A stretch of DNA of 64,000 nucleotides from an uncultured Gammaproteobacteria bacterium (GCA_964536725.1 CAZHYJ010000001.1:121081-185080), one strand, 5' to 3'. Shown: positions 9,566-18,691, counted from the stretch's first letter. Translations and numbers: made by a program. The notes: generated by a model not told the origin, from the sequence alone.

Positions 9566-10421
9566 ATTTAATAGATGGGTAACTTTGATAATTTAAAACT
9601 TCAGTATCTGTATATTGCCAATCAAAAATAGAAGTGAAATTTTTTGTTTCTAGAGTGGGTAATGGATAAGTGGTGTAGTCGCGAGATAGCTGTTCTTTTG
9701 CTCCAGCAATGTGATTCTCATAAATATGGACATCACCCAAGAAACCGATCAACTTACCTTCCTTTAGTCCAGTTTCTTTTGCCAACAAATGTAGCATTGT
9801 AGCGTAGCTAGCAATATTAAATGGCAAACCAAGCATGGTGTCAACTGAGCGTTGATTCCACATCAAATTTATTTTTCCATTAATAACAGTTACCTGAAAA
9901 CCGTAATGACAATATGGTGGCATCGCTTTATCTACGTCTAGTGGGTTCCATGCCATTACAATCATGCGGCGATCACCGGGATCGGTTTTTAGTTTGTCTA
10001 CAACTTTCTTAAGTTGGTCAACTCCTTGTCCCGTATAATCAGTTTGGTAATCTTTGTAAGTTGCTCCAAAATGTCTCCACTCCCATCCATAAATAGTACC
10101 TAAATCTCTCTCTTCTAACATTTTTTGTTTTGTTTCTGGATCATTGGCGTATTTAATTTTTAAAGGTGTGCACCACTCATCCCAGATATGATTATTTCTA
10201 TCCTGGAGCCATTTTTTATCAGTTATGCCTTTGATAAAAAACTCTAGCTCTGAAGCAACTAGACGAAAGGGTACTTTTTTGGTGGTAAGAAGTGGAAAAC
10301 CATTGCTCATATCATGCTCGAACATCGCTCCGGCAATGGCTAGTGTATCAATACCCGTACGATTATGTTTTAATTCACCTTTCTCGAGTATTTGTTTTAC
10401 AATATCTAAGTATGCCTTCAT
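9549..10421 (-). CDS. thyA: thymidylate synthase (ThyA type)
   Basis: 290 aa. YLDIVKQILEKGELKHNRTGIDTLAIAGAMFEHDMSNGFPLLTTKKVPFRLVASELEFFIKG and the catalytic region PPYCHYGFQ. Confidence 0.9.
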   Translation of the reverse strand: MKAYLDIVKQILEKGELKHNRTGIDTLAIAGAMFEHDMSNGFPLLTTKKVPFRLVASELEFFIKGITDKKWLQDRNNHIWDEWCTPLKIKYANDPETKQKMLEERDLGTIYGWEWRHFGATYKDYQTDYTGQGVDQLKKVVDKLKTDPGDRRMIVMAWNPLDVDKAMPPYCHYGFQVTVINGKINLMWNQRSVDTMLGLPFNIASYATMLHLLAKETGLKEGKLIGFLGDVHIYENHIAGAKEQLSRDYTTYPLPTLETKNFTSIFDWQYTDTEVLNYQSYPSIKFDIAV

Positions 10422-10429
10422 ATATTTAC

Positions 10430-10855
10430 TTATTTACCCGTGGTGCCAAAGCCGCCACGACTATTATTATTCATCTGTTCTACTTCCTCCCATTCTGGTT
10501 TTTCTATTTTTACAAAAGCGGCCTGGCCTAATCTTTCGCTTTTTTCGATTATCACTTCTTGATTAGTGACGTTATAAACTTGTAAAAGTATTTCATCTTG
10601 CTCACCACAAAAATCCTGGTCAATATATCCAGTACTAACCATCAAGCCTTTGCGTTTCAGTGTGCTAGAGCGATCTTTTATCTGTAGCATATAGCCCTCA
10701 GGAATAGCGATAATAATATTAGTGGGTATCCTCTCCAAAGTTTTTGGCTGAATAGTTAAATCGATGCGGCTGTACAAATCAAATGCTACTGCGCCTGGGG
10801 TTTGATAGGTGGGAAGTGGTAGGGAAGTGTCAATTCTTTTAATTTTGACTTGCAT
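10430..10855 (-). CDS. dut: dUTP diphosphatase (dUTPase)
   Basis: 141 aa with a GAVAFDLY motif and the C-terminal motif V RGGFGTTG. Confidence 0.85.
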   Translation of the reverse strand: MQVKIKRIDTSLPLPTYQTPGAVAFDLYSRIDLTIQPKTLERIPTNIIIAIPEGYMLQIKDRSSTLKRKGLMVSTGYIDQDFCGEQDEILLQVYNVTNQEVIIEKSERLGQAAFVKIEKPEWEEVEQMNNNSRGGFGTTGK

Positions 10856-11432
10856 ACTTTATTTTATTTAAAACATCCTCAGTTTGATTGTACAATTCTT
10901 CAAAATCACCATTATTAGTAATGGTAAATTTGGCCGTACTGCCCAATTTTTTTGTTAGACTGTCGGCTTCTGCTTGTTCGTTAGCCAAAAATTCTTCATA
11001 GGTTTTTTCGCTATCACCTGGATTCTCTGCTCTCTTTACTAACCTTTCCCAACGAATCTTGGGATCAGCGGTGATATAGATCAAGTTAAATCCAGGCATC
11101 TTTTCTAGATAAATAATATCAGTGGGCCGGCGAATGCCGTCCACTATCACAACTTCGTTTGAGTCATTTTCGACATCAAACGCAATTACCTTGCTCATTA
11201 AATCTTGACCAAAATTCTCACGTAATACTTTTGATATTAATTGTAGGTTGTCGCGACTTTCTGGGATATATAGTCGTTGTACAACATCGCGCAACATGGT
11301 GGAGTAGCGGTAGGCGTTGATATTGTGTTTTTCTTTGAGATATTTACAGATCGTACCTTTGCCAGACGCGATGTCGCCGACAAATCCCAGGACTATCTTA
11401 TTGTTTGGCATATTTTGTACTTTTATATTCAC
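10839..11432 (-). CDS. P-loop nucleoside/nucleotide kinase (dNMP-kinase or dephospho-CoA-kinase-like)
   Basis: 197 aa with a Walker A motif GFVGDIASGKGT. It lies inside the thymidylate operon, and its family assignment is uncertain. Confidence 0.45.
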   Translation of the reverse strand: MNIKVQNMPNNKIVLGFVGDIASGKGTICKYLKEKHNINAYRYSTMLRDVVQRLYIPESRDNLQLISKVLRENFGQDLMSKVIAFDVENDSNEVVIVDGIRRPTDIIYLEKMPGFNLIYITADPKIRWERLVKRAENPGDSEKTYEEFLANEQAEADSLTKKLGSTAKFTITNNGDFEELYNQTEDVLNKIKYASQN

Positions 11433-11877
11433 GATATTTTACGCCGGCTAAATCCAACAACTTGCGCGAAACTTGCCAGATGGCAGCGTCGTGATATTTG
11501 TCGCTTTCATAAATTATTTCAGTAACACCTTTTTGGATAATAGTTTTTGCGCATTCGTTGCAAGGGAAGAGGGTGCAATATATCTTGCAATCCTTAGTTG
11601 GATTATTGGCATTATAGATAGCGTTTTCTTCGGCGTGGCAGATGTAGGCATATTTTGTCTCAGTAGTTCCGCCTTCTCTTTCCCAAGGCAATGCGTCGGT
11701 ATCGATGCCGCGTGGCCAACCATTATATCCCATCCCCATTACTACGTTGTTTTGATCTACCACCACCGCACCAGCCTGAGTGGATGGATCTTTGGAGCGT
11801 TCAGAGATAATATGCGCCATTTGCATAAAACACTCGTCCCAAGAGATGTAATCTTTTCTAGCTTCGGTCATATTCAA
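11398..11877 (-). CDS. dCMP deaminase (CMP/dCMP deaminase zinc-binding family)
   Basis: HAEENAI and PCNECAK zinc-ligand motifs; 159 aa. Confidence 0.85.
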   Translation of the reverse strand: MNMTEARKDYISWDECFMQMAHIISERSKDPSTQAGAVVVDQNNVVMGMGYNGWPRGIDTDALPWEREGGTTETKYAYICHAEENAIYNANNPTKDCKIYCTLFPCNECAKTIIQKGVTEIIYESDKYHDAAIWQVSRKLLDLAGVKYREYKSTKYAKQ

Positions 11878-12010
11878 AATGAATGAGAGAAATGGAAAAT
11901 GTAGTTTTCCATTTCCGAGTGAATGAGAATATATCGCTCTAGCGTATATATATTTTTTAGTTTAAAAGTACCTTAATTTTAGCAAAGTTAAGGTATTCTG
12001 CCAAGTAACA

Positions 12011-12036
12011 AAAAACCTCCATTTTATGGAGGTTTT
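12011..12036. terminator. bidirectional hairpin terminator at the 3' end of the 12035..13144 gene
   Basis: aaaaacctccat-ttt-atggaggtttt is a perfect 7 bp stem flanked by A and T runs. Confidence 0.5.
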
Positions 12037-13144
12037 AGTGGATAATTATTTTGCCTTGATCAGCATCAACTGTCACCCAATCGCCGTCTTTTAGTTTTTT
12101 CATCGCGTCTTTTACGTTGGCAACATAAGGTTTCTTTAGTTCTCGACTGACAATCGCGGCGTGTGACAAGACAGTGCCTTGCTCCGTGATTATTCCGCCT
12201 GCTTTTTTGATGTAGGGGAGATGTTGGAATGTTATTAATGGACTTACCAGAATTTCATTTTTTTGGAAGGCGATTTTAGTAGCACCATTTTTTACCTTTC
12301 TAATTTTTCCTTTAATTTTTCCAGGACCAATACAGATTCCGTGTAAGTAATCAGTGTGGCGAGTGATGGTAATTATGGTTTTATTAAGCAACTTGTCTAG
12401 TATGCGATTGTAATCGACAAAACTGATGTTTTTTTTATGGTCGACAATAAACTCAAAATAACCTTTTAAATAATTGTGAGTACTAAAAGTGGAGGATAAT
12501 TCTTTTTTTAGAAGATGCTGTTCTTGTTTTTTGTTAACCAATAGTTTTTTGACGGTTTGTTTGATCAGCTTTATCGTCTTCTTATCGTGGTTAGAAAAAT
12601 GCCATTTTTTATAATCATAGTAAAAGACCAGACTTTCTCCCCGATAAGTACCTTGAGAAAAATGGATGATGTGGTCTTTTATCAATTCTCCCCAGATTCC
12701 TTTGTTGTTTATACAGAAAACAGCAGAGTGAGTAATATTTGTGGGCTGCTTTACAAGTTCGTAGCGGAACTTTGTCGTATCAATTTTGGTTTTTTTTAAC
12801 CAAAACAGACATTGGTGTAGTGTTTTTTGTAGGCGAATCTTTGGGAGGTTGTTTTTTAGGGGAAGTAATTTAAAAAGGTACAAGCCGTTATCTTTTTTCT
12901 TAATTAAGGAGATTAATTGATTTTCTAACTCTTCTTTTTTGCTCGGTGCGATGTAGATAGCTGGCAAAAACGGAAGATTAATTATCCCATTTAATATTTT
13001 TAGTCGACCTCTTTTTGTGTAATCTTCTTTTTGGAATTTTTCGGTTCCAGGAATGTCAAGATGCCGCATCCACTCTGTTATAGAAGGAAATTGATTGTCC
13101 TTTTTATCTTCATTGGCCATATTGTGCTTTTTTGTATTTTTCAA
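12035..13144 (-). CDS. protein with a C-terminal PEP-utilising-enzyme mobile (phosphohistidine) domain and an uncharacterised N-terminal region
   Basis: The C-terminus GGIITEQGTVLSHAAIVSRELKKPYV matches the PEP-utilising mobile domain (PF00391) catalytic-His region; the N-terminal ~250 aa have no recognisable motif. The probable start is the internal Met at about 13120. Confidence 0.55.
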   Translation of the reverse strand: MKNTKKHNMANEDKKDNQFPSITEWMRHLDIPGTEKFQKEDYTKRGRLKILNGIINLPFLPAIYIAPSKKEELENQLISLIKKKDNGLYLFKLLPLKNNLPKIRLQKTLHQCLFWLKKTKIDTTKFRYELVKQPTNITHSAVFCINNKGIWGELIKDHIIHFSQGTYRGESLVFYYDYKKWHFSNHDKKTIKLIKQTVKKLLVNKKQEQHLLKKELSSTFSTHNYLKGYFEFIVDHKKNISFVDYNRILDKLLNKTIITITRHTDYLHGICIGPGKIKGKIRKVKNGATKIAFQKNEILVSPLITFQHLPYIKKAGGIITEQGTVLSHAAIVSRELKKPYVANVKDAMKKLKDGDWVTVDADQGKIIIH

Positions 13145-14159
13145 CCGTGTTGATTATCTTTTTTGCTACGGCTATTGGATAAGTTGGGCGATTGCCAGAA
13201 GATGTTTCTATACAAAACATTATTCCGTTTATATCGTCGAGAATCATATTGGTTAGATCTGTGATGTCAGAGCGAGAAGGCGTAAAGTTGTTTACTGTAC
13301 TTTCCAATATCTGGGTCGAGACAATTACAAGCCTATTTTGTTCTTTGGCGATTTTAGTAATCTCTTTCTGGTATATGCCAGTTTGTTCAAAAGGTATATT
13401 GACAGCTATTTCTCCGCGGTCGATTAATACATGGGAATAATCTTTGTTTTGGCAAATTTTAGTTAATTCTTCGCGATTATGATAGTTTTCGATTTTGACA
13501 ATAATTTTTGTATGTTGGAGCTCCTCCTTGGCTTTAATTAACTTTATTATTTTTTCATTTAAACCTTCTGATATATAAGAAATGGATATAAATTGCGGTT
13601 GCAGAGAGGCGATTTTGTCTATTGCATCCGTATATATTTTAAGGATTTCTATATCGTCTTTTTCGTGTTCTATATTAAATGTCTTCATGTAGTGGAAGAG
13701 CCCGTTATTCAAAAAACGTACCCCAATCGTGTCGCTATCAATTATATCAGTCACCTGTAATGATACTTCGCCATCACCAATTGTTACTGTCTGGTTGATA
13801 GCTACTTTTTCGCCTATTTTTTTTGTGTCCACTGGTATAAACAAATTGCAGTCTGGGCTATAGGTAGCTGATTTAATGGTGTGTTCATCGTTTTCTCGTA
13901 CGGTGAACATCTTAGAATCAAAGTCTCCTAACCTTATTTTTGTTAATGGTAGATCAATTAAAATACCGATATTAGCATGTAGATCGTCGATGATATTTTG
14001 CCCAGTTCTTACTAGTTCAAGATGTTCCTCGATTACTTTGTAGGAAAAATTATAACGCAAAACATCTGCTCCAGCGAGAATTATTTTGCGAATTTTATCT
14101 TCTCTTAGTGATCCGTGGCCGATGGTAGCGATAATCATCATAAATTGATGATAAAACAT
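13110..14159 (-). CDS. pyk: pyruvate kinase catalytic core (barrel domain), without the C-terminal regulatory domain
   Basis: IIATIGHGSL...ADVLRYNFSY, ILIDLPLTKIR and the PK signature KIIVKIENYHNRE; LIDRGEIAV corresponds to MVARGDLG. At 349 aa it is too short to include the PK C-terminal domain. Confidence 0.6.
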   Translation of the reverse strand: MFYHQFMMIIATIGHGSLREDKIRKIILAGADVLRYNFSYKVIEEHLELVRTGQNIIDDLHANIGILIDLPLTKIRLGDFDSKMFTVRENDEHTIKSATYSPDCNLFIPVDTKKIGEKVAINQTVTIGDGEVSLQVTDIIDSDTIGVRFLNNGLFHYMKTFNIEHEKDDIEILKIYTDAIDKIASLQPQFISISYISEGLNEKIIKLIKAKEELQHTKIIVKIENYHNREELTKICQNKDYSHVLIDRGEIAVNIPFEQTGIYQKEITKIAKEQNRLVIVSTQILESTVNNFTPSRSDITDLTNMILDDINGIMFCIETSSGNRPTYPIAVAKKIINTVEKYKKAQYGQ

Positions 14160-14186
14160 CCCGATTAAGTCGGGATGTTGTTGAGA

Positions 14187-14864
14187 TTACTTGTCACTGA
14201 TTTTGATAGCTGGTCCCATAGTGGAGCACAGTATCAGATTTTTAACATAAGTTCCTTTTGATCCAGCAGGCTTGGCTTTGCTGAGAGTGTCCATGAAAGC
14301 CGCTAGATTTTCTTTTAGTTGTTCTTCGGTAAAGCTGATGCGGCCAATTAGCTGGTGGATGTTAGCGGTATCATCATTTTTGAAAGTGATTTTACCTTTT
14401 TTCAACTCTTCAATCATCTTCTTAACATTTGGGCCAACAGTTTCGGTTTTTGGGTTTGGCATCAAACCGCGTGGGCCTAAAACCTTGGCGACAACTGCCA
14501 TTTTAGGCATCATGTCAGGTGTGGTAACAGCCACATCAAACTCGATCTTTCCTGTATCTTTAATTTTTTTAATATCCTCTTCGCCATAAACGAAATCAGC
14601 ACCAGCTTCTTTAGCTTCCTTCTCTTTTTCTGGGCCAACGAAAGCAGCTACCTTTTTTGTTTTACCCATACCATGTGGCAATACCACAGTGGCACGAATT
14701 TGCTGGTCGCCTTTTTTAGGATCGATACCCAAATTAGCGTGTACTTCTACACCAGCATCAAATTTCACACCGGAAGTTTCCTTGACGAGTTTGATGGCCT
14801 CGTCCCAGTTGTAGACCTTATTTTTTTCAACCTTGGTCTGAAGGTTATTCATGCGTTTTGACAT
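14187..14864 (-). CDS. rplA: 50S ribosomal protein L1
   Basis: 225 aa with a typical L1 sequence throughout. Confidence 0.9.
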   Translation of the reverse strand: MSKRMNNLQTKVEKNKVYNWDEAIKLVKETSGVKFDAGVEVHANLGIDPKKGDQQIRATVVLPHGMGKTKKVAAFVGPEKEKEAKEAGADFVYGEEDIKKIKDTGKIEFDVAVTTPDMMPKMAVVAKVLGPRGLMPNPKTETVGPNVKKMIEELKKGKITFKNDDTANIHQLIGRISFTEEQLKENLAAFMDTLSKAKPAGSKGTYVKNLILCSTMGPAIKISDK

Positions 14865-15010
14865 AAAAAATTTGTTACGTGGTACAAACTCCCTGGTGAC
14901 AGGGATCCCACATTTACACCGCTATTTTAGCTTAAAAACCCAAGGTTGTCAATATCCGCGGTCAGGGTAAGGAGATTGACTTTTGGACGGTAAAAATATA
15001 GAATGTTTTT

Positions 15011-16381
15011 ATGTCTATCAAGCCAAAATTCCATCTTCTTACCTTTGGATGTTCAATGAACAGGAACGACTCAGAGCGAGTCGTTAGTTTGCTTTTGGGT
15101 CTGGGATTTGAAGAGACAGCTAATCCAGCCGAGGCAGATTTATTAATGGTTAATACCTGCAGCGTACGTCAAAGTGCGGAGGATCGGGTGTGGGGATTTG
15201 TACGCAATTGGCAGGAGCTCAGAATTAAAAAGCCAAATTTGATTATTGCGATTACCGGTTGTATGCCCGGGCGTGATGAAAAGGGGGAGATAAAAAAGAG
15301 GTTGCCTGGGGTGGATCTGTTTTTTCCGATTGCTGAGTTGGCATATTTACCTGCACGATTAAAAGCGCTTAATCCGGATTTAATTGTTGGGGAAGTCGAC
15401 GACTTGGCAGACTATTTTTCTATCGATCCAAAACGGGTCGAAGCGCATCGGGTCTGTGTTGCCATTCAAACGGGTTGTAATAATTTTTGTACTTACTGTG
15501 TAGTGCCGAAGGCACGTGGCCCAGAACACAATCGTCCGGTTGAAGAAATAATGCGAGAGATAAAAATGGCGATTGCCAAGGGGGCGAAGGAGATAGTCTT
15601 GTTGGGGCAGGTGGTGAATAATTATCGGGCGCCAGATCCAGAAAATTTTTGTGGTTGCAATCCGTTTTTTAACGAAGCAATTCCGTTGGAGAAAAAAGAT
15701 GCTAGGTTTAACAAAGATTTTGCGGCGTTACTTTGGGAGGTCAATCAAGTTGAAGGGTTGGAACGACTACATTGGACTGCTGCTGATCCGCAGTATTTTA
15801 ATGAATACTTGATCCAAGCGCTTACTTTACCGAAGCAAATTAACTTCTTGCATTTGCCAGTACAAAGTGGTGATAATGAGATTTTAAAAAAGATGAATCG
15901 TCACTACACGCGCGAAGACTATATTACTTTGGTAAAGAAGATTAAAGCAGTATGCCCGACAATGGCGCTTGGCACTGATTTCATCGTTGGTTTTTGTGGT
16001 GAGACCGAAGAGCAGTTTGCCAACACTTTGGATTTATACAAACAGTGTGATTTTGATATCTCTTATCACGCACGTTACAGCGAACGGAGTGGTACAGCCG
16101 CCGCTAAAGCTTTTAAAGATGATGTGTCGCGAGCAGTAAAAAAAGAACGTTGGGACCGGGTGCAGGATTTGTTGAAAGAAACAACCGAAAGGAAGAACCG
16201 TGTATTTAAAGGGCAGGTTGTTTCGGTTTTAGTTGATAAATGCGAACAGGGGGTGTGTATGGGATATTCGTCGGAAATGAAACTGGTACACTTTGCGGGT
16301 AGTCAAGATTTGGTTGGAACCGTTGTTGATGTTAAAATAACGTGGACAGATACTTGGTTGTTGCGCGGAGAGGTTAGATAG
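15011..16381 (+). CDS. miaB: MiaB-family tRNA methylthiotransferase (radical SAM)
   Basis: N-terminal MTTase domain FGCSMNRNDSE, a radical-SAM CxxxCxxC cluster (CNNFCTYC), a C-terminal TRAM domain, and adjacency to miaA. Confidence 0.8.
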   Translation: MSIKPKFHLLTFGCSMNRNDSERVVSLLLGLGFEETANPAEADLLMVNTCSVRQSAEDRVWGFVRNWQELRIKKPNLIIAITGCMPGRDEKGEIKKRLPGVDLFFPIAELAYLPARLKALNPDLIVGEVDDLADYFSIDPKRVEAHRVCVAIQTGCNNFCTYCVVPKARGPEHNRPVEEIMREIKMAIAKGAKEIVLLGQVVNNYRAPDPENFCGCNPFFNEAIPLEKKDARFNKDFAALLWEVNQVEGLERLHWTAADPQYFNEYLIQALTLPKQINFLHLPVQSGDNEILKKMNRHYTREDYITLVKKIKAVCPTMALGTDFIVGFCGETEEQFANTLDLYKQCDFDISYHARYSERSGTAAAKAFKDDVSRAVKKERWDRVQDLLKETTERKNRVFKGQVVSVLVDKCEQGVCMGYSSEMKLVHFAGSQDLVGTVVDVKITWTDTWLLRGEVR

Positions 16382-16389
16382 TAATTTTA

Positions 16390-16492
16390 GGGGTTATGGG
16401 TTTGATAATTTTTTCGCTTTCCTCGGCTGCGAAGCCTCAGGGATGAGGCCTTGGCCTCATAACCCGCTCAAAAAATATCAAACCCATAACCG
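16390..16492. repeat. nested-palindrome intergenic repeat, copy 2 (subfamily I)
   Basis: Outer inverted repeat ggttatgggtttgataatttttt / aaaaaatatcaaacccataacc encloses the core cgctttcctcggctgcgaagcctcagggatgaggccttggcctcataacccgctc, about 85% identical to the copy 1 core. It lies between miaB and miaA. Confidence 0.7.
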
Positions 16493-16498
16493 ACTACT

Positions 16499-17428
16499 AT
16501 GCAAAACCTACCAAAAATAATCGCAGTCATCGGTCCAACCGCCTCAGGTAAAACAAATCTGGGAATCTTTTTGGCGAAGAAGTTTAATGGTGAAGTGGTA
16601 AATTTTGATTCACGACAGATCTATACCAAAATGAATATTGGTACAGCCAAGCCAGTAGGTGAGTGGAAAAATGTTGAAGGCAAAAAAGTGTTTGTTGTTG
16701 AAGATGTAATCCACCACCTGATGGATTTTGTTGACCCGGGCACGGATTATAGCCTGGCCAATTTCAAGGAAGACGCCTTTCGAGTGATTGATGATATTTT
16801 GTCCCGCGGGAAACTGCCAATTCTTGTAGGTGGTACCGGGCTATATTTCTGGGGCGTGATTGATAACTTGGATTTGACCAAAACCGAGCCAAACAAAGAA
16901 CTGCGCGAACAGCTGGAAAGTAAAACTCTAGAAGAGTTGGTTGAGATGTTAAAAGAAAAAGATCTTGAGTCAGCCACAATCATTGACTTAAAAAATCCGC
17001 GTCGGGTTTTGCGGGCTTTGGAAGTTGTATTATCCACCGGCGAATCGTTTGTTGCTCGTCGGGGAAAATCTGATCCGCGTTATGATGTTTTACAAATTGG
17101 TTTGTCGTGGCCACGTGAAGTGTTGAACACTAGAATTGACCAACGAGTGGAACAACAAATTAAAGATGGATTGGTTGAGGAAACACAAAAATTATCCAAG
17201 GAATATTCCTGGGAGTTGCCCAGTATGAGTGGTATTGGTTACCGCCAAATGGGATATTTTTTGCGCGGGGAGATGAGTTTGCCCGAAGCAGTTGAAATTT
17301 TAAAACGTGATACCAAGCGCTACGCTAAACGTCAGATGACTTGGTTTAAAAGAGATCAGAGAATTGTCTGGATAGACGGATTAGACGAGAGAAATGCAGA
17401 AGAGCTAGCGCGCGAATTTTTAGATTAG
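16499..17428 (+). CDS. miaA: tRNA dimethylallyltransferase
   Basis: P-loop GPTASGKT and the MiaA signature DSRQIYTKMNIGTAKP. Confidence 0.9.
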   Translation: MQNLPKIIAVIGPTASGKTNLGIFLAKKFNGEVVNFDSRQIYTKMNIGTAKPVGEWKNVEGKKVFVVEDVIHHLMDFVDPGTDYSLANFKEDAFRVIDDILSRGKLPILVGGTGLYFWGVIDNLDLTKTEPNKELREQLESKTLEELVEMLKEKDLESATIIDLKNPRRVLRALEVVLSTGESFVARRGKSDPRYDVLQIGLSWPREVLNTRIDQRVEQQIKDGLVEETQKLSKEYSWELPSMSGIGYRQMGYFLRGEMSLPEAVEILKRDTKRYAKRQMTWFKRDQRIVWIDGLDERNAEELAREFLD

Positions 17429-18691
17429 TTTCAAAACCGCCAAACCCTCGATATGGTCTGTACGAGGGAAGAAATTATAGAGTTGAATAAACTCTATTTT
17501 GTATTTTGGCAAAAGCAATGCCAAGTCACGTGCCTGAGTGGAGAGGTTACAAGAAAGATAGACAATCGTTTCGGGAAGTGTTTTTAAAACTTGTTCAACA
17601 ATTTTTTTATCCAGTCCGGCACGAGGTGGATCAAAGATAATGGTTTTGTCGCCAGTTATTAATTCGATTATTTTCTCTGCTGGCTGACAGGTGGTAGTGC
17701 AGTCGGTGAGTTTGTTTAATTCAATATTTTCATTAGCATAATCAATCGCTTCGGAGTTGCTTTCTACTAATTCCAAAGCTTGACCAGCTTTTTTTAAACC
17801 TAATCCAATTGTGCCAACGCCGCAGTAATAGTCAACAATCGGTTTTTCTTCGGGGATAAATTGCGCTATGTCTTTAAGTGTTTGAACAAACACTGGTGGG
17901 TTTACCTGGAAAAAACTAAACAAACCATAGCGTAGTTTTATTCCATTAATTTCTTCTTCTAAATATTTTTGTCCGGCAGAGTACAACTCTTTGGTGGGAA
18001 CAGAAGCAGGACTTTTGTGAGTAGAATAAAAAAATTGGAAGCCAACCATTTTTTTAGCAGTGGGGTAACTGGTAAATTTCATTTCGTCTTTAATGAACAA
18101 GCCAGCAATCACTTCACCTTTTTGGTTGGAACGGATGATGACGCTTTTTAAATTGTAAGCGGTGAGTTTTTGTTTCTTTGTCCAAGCCAAAATTTCTTCG
18201 GCGACAGCATTGATCTCTTCGTTTGCCAAACAACAAGGTGAGATCGGACGCTTATAATGGCTGCCACGTTCAAAGAAGGCAAGTGACAGTTCTCCTTTTT
18301 GATCAGCGGTAAAACTGTATTCAATTTTGTTGCGATAGTGGTACTCGGTGTCATTGCCAAAAATTTTTAAATCTGGCCATTCAAACCCGCCGATTTTTTT
18401 ATAGGTTTCGGCGGCGATGGTCACCTTCCAATCATTCTCAGTTTTGAGTGACATTATCTGCCAAGGCGAACAAGAGAGGTAGTGGTCTTCTTTTGGTTCC
18501 ACTCGGTCGGGGGAAGGTTGGATAATTTTGGTGGCCAAGGCTTCAGAAAAAGTTTTGGACTTTTTGAGGATTTTTATCTCCACCTCTTCGCCGGGTAAGG
18601 CATTCCAAACAAAGATGACTTTTTGGCCATCTCGCCCCAAACCTTGTCCGCCGAAGATTAGTTTGTCGATTTTGATTTGCATACTATTCAA
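17420..18691 (-). CDS. rlmD: 23S rRNA (uracil-5)-methyltransferase, RumA/RlmD family
   Basis: An N-terminal TRAM domain and a C-terminal SAM MTase domain with DYYCGVGTIGL and FDPPRAGL. Confidence 0.75.
   Translation of the reverse strand: MNSMQIKIDKLIFGGQGLGRDGQKVIFVWNALPGEEVEIKILKKSKTFSEALATKIIQPSPDRVEPKEDHYLSCSPWQIMSLKTENDWKVTIAAETYKKIGGFEWPDLKIFGNDTEYHYRNKIEYSFTADQKGELSLAFFERGSHYKRPISPCCLANEEINAVAEEILAWTKKQKLTAYNLKSVIIRSNQKGEVIAGLFIKDEMKFTSYPTAKKMVGFQFFYSTHKSPASVPTKELYSAGQKYLEEEINGIKLRYGLFSFFQVNPPVFVQTLKDIAQFIPEEKPIVDYYCGVGTIGLGLKKAGQALELVESNSEAIDYANENIELNKLTDCTTTCQPAEKIIELITGDKTIIFDPPRAGLDKKIVEQVLKTLPETIVYLSCNLSTQARDLALLLPKYKIEFIQLYNFFPRTDHIEGLAVLKLI

Noticed and set aside
14976-15013. 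A possible leaderless miaB transcript (a TTGACT-N17-TAGAAT-like promoter ending about 6 nt before the miaB ATG)
   Set aside because: The hexamer matches are imperfect and the inference rests on spacing alone. It is not reported without TSS data.
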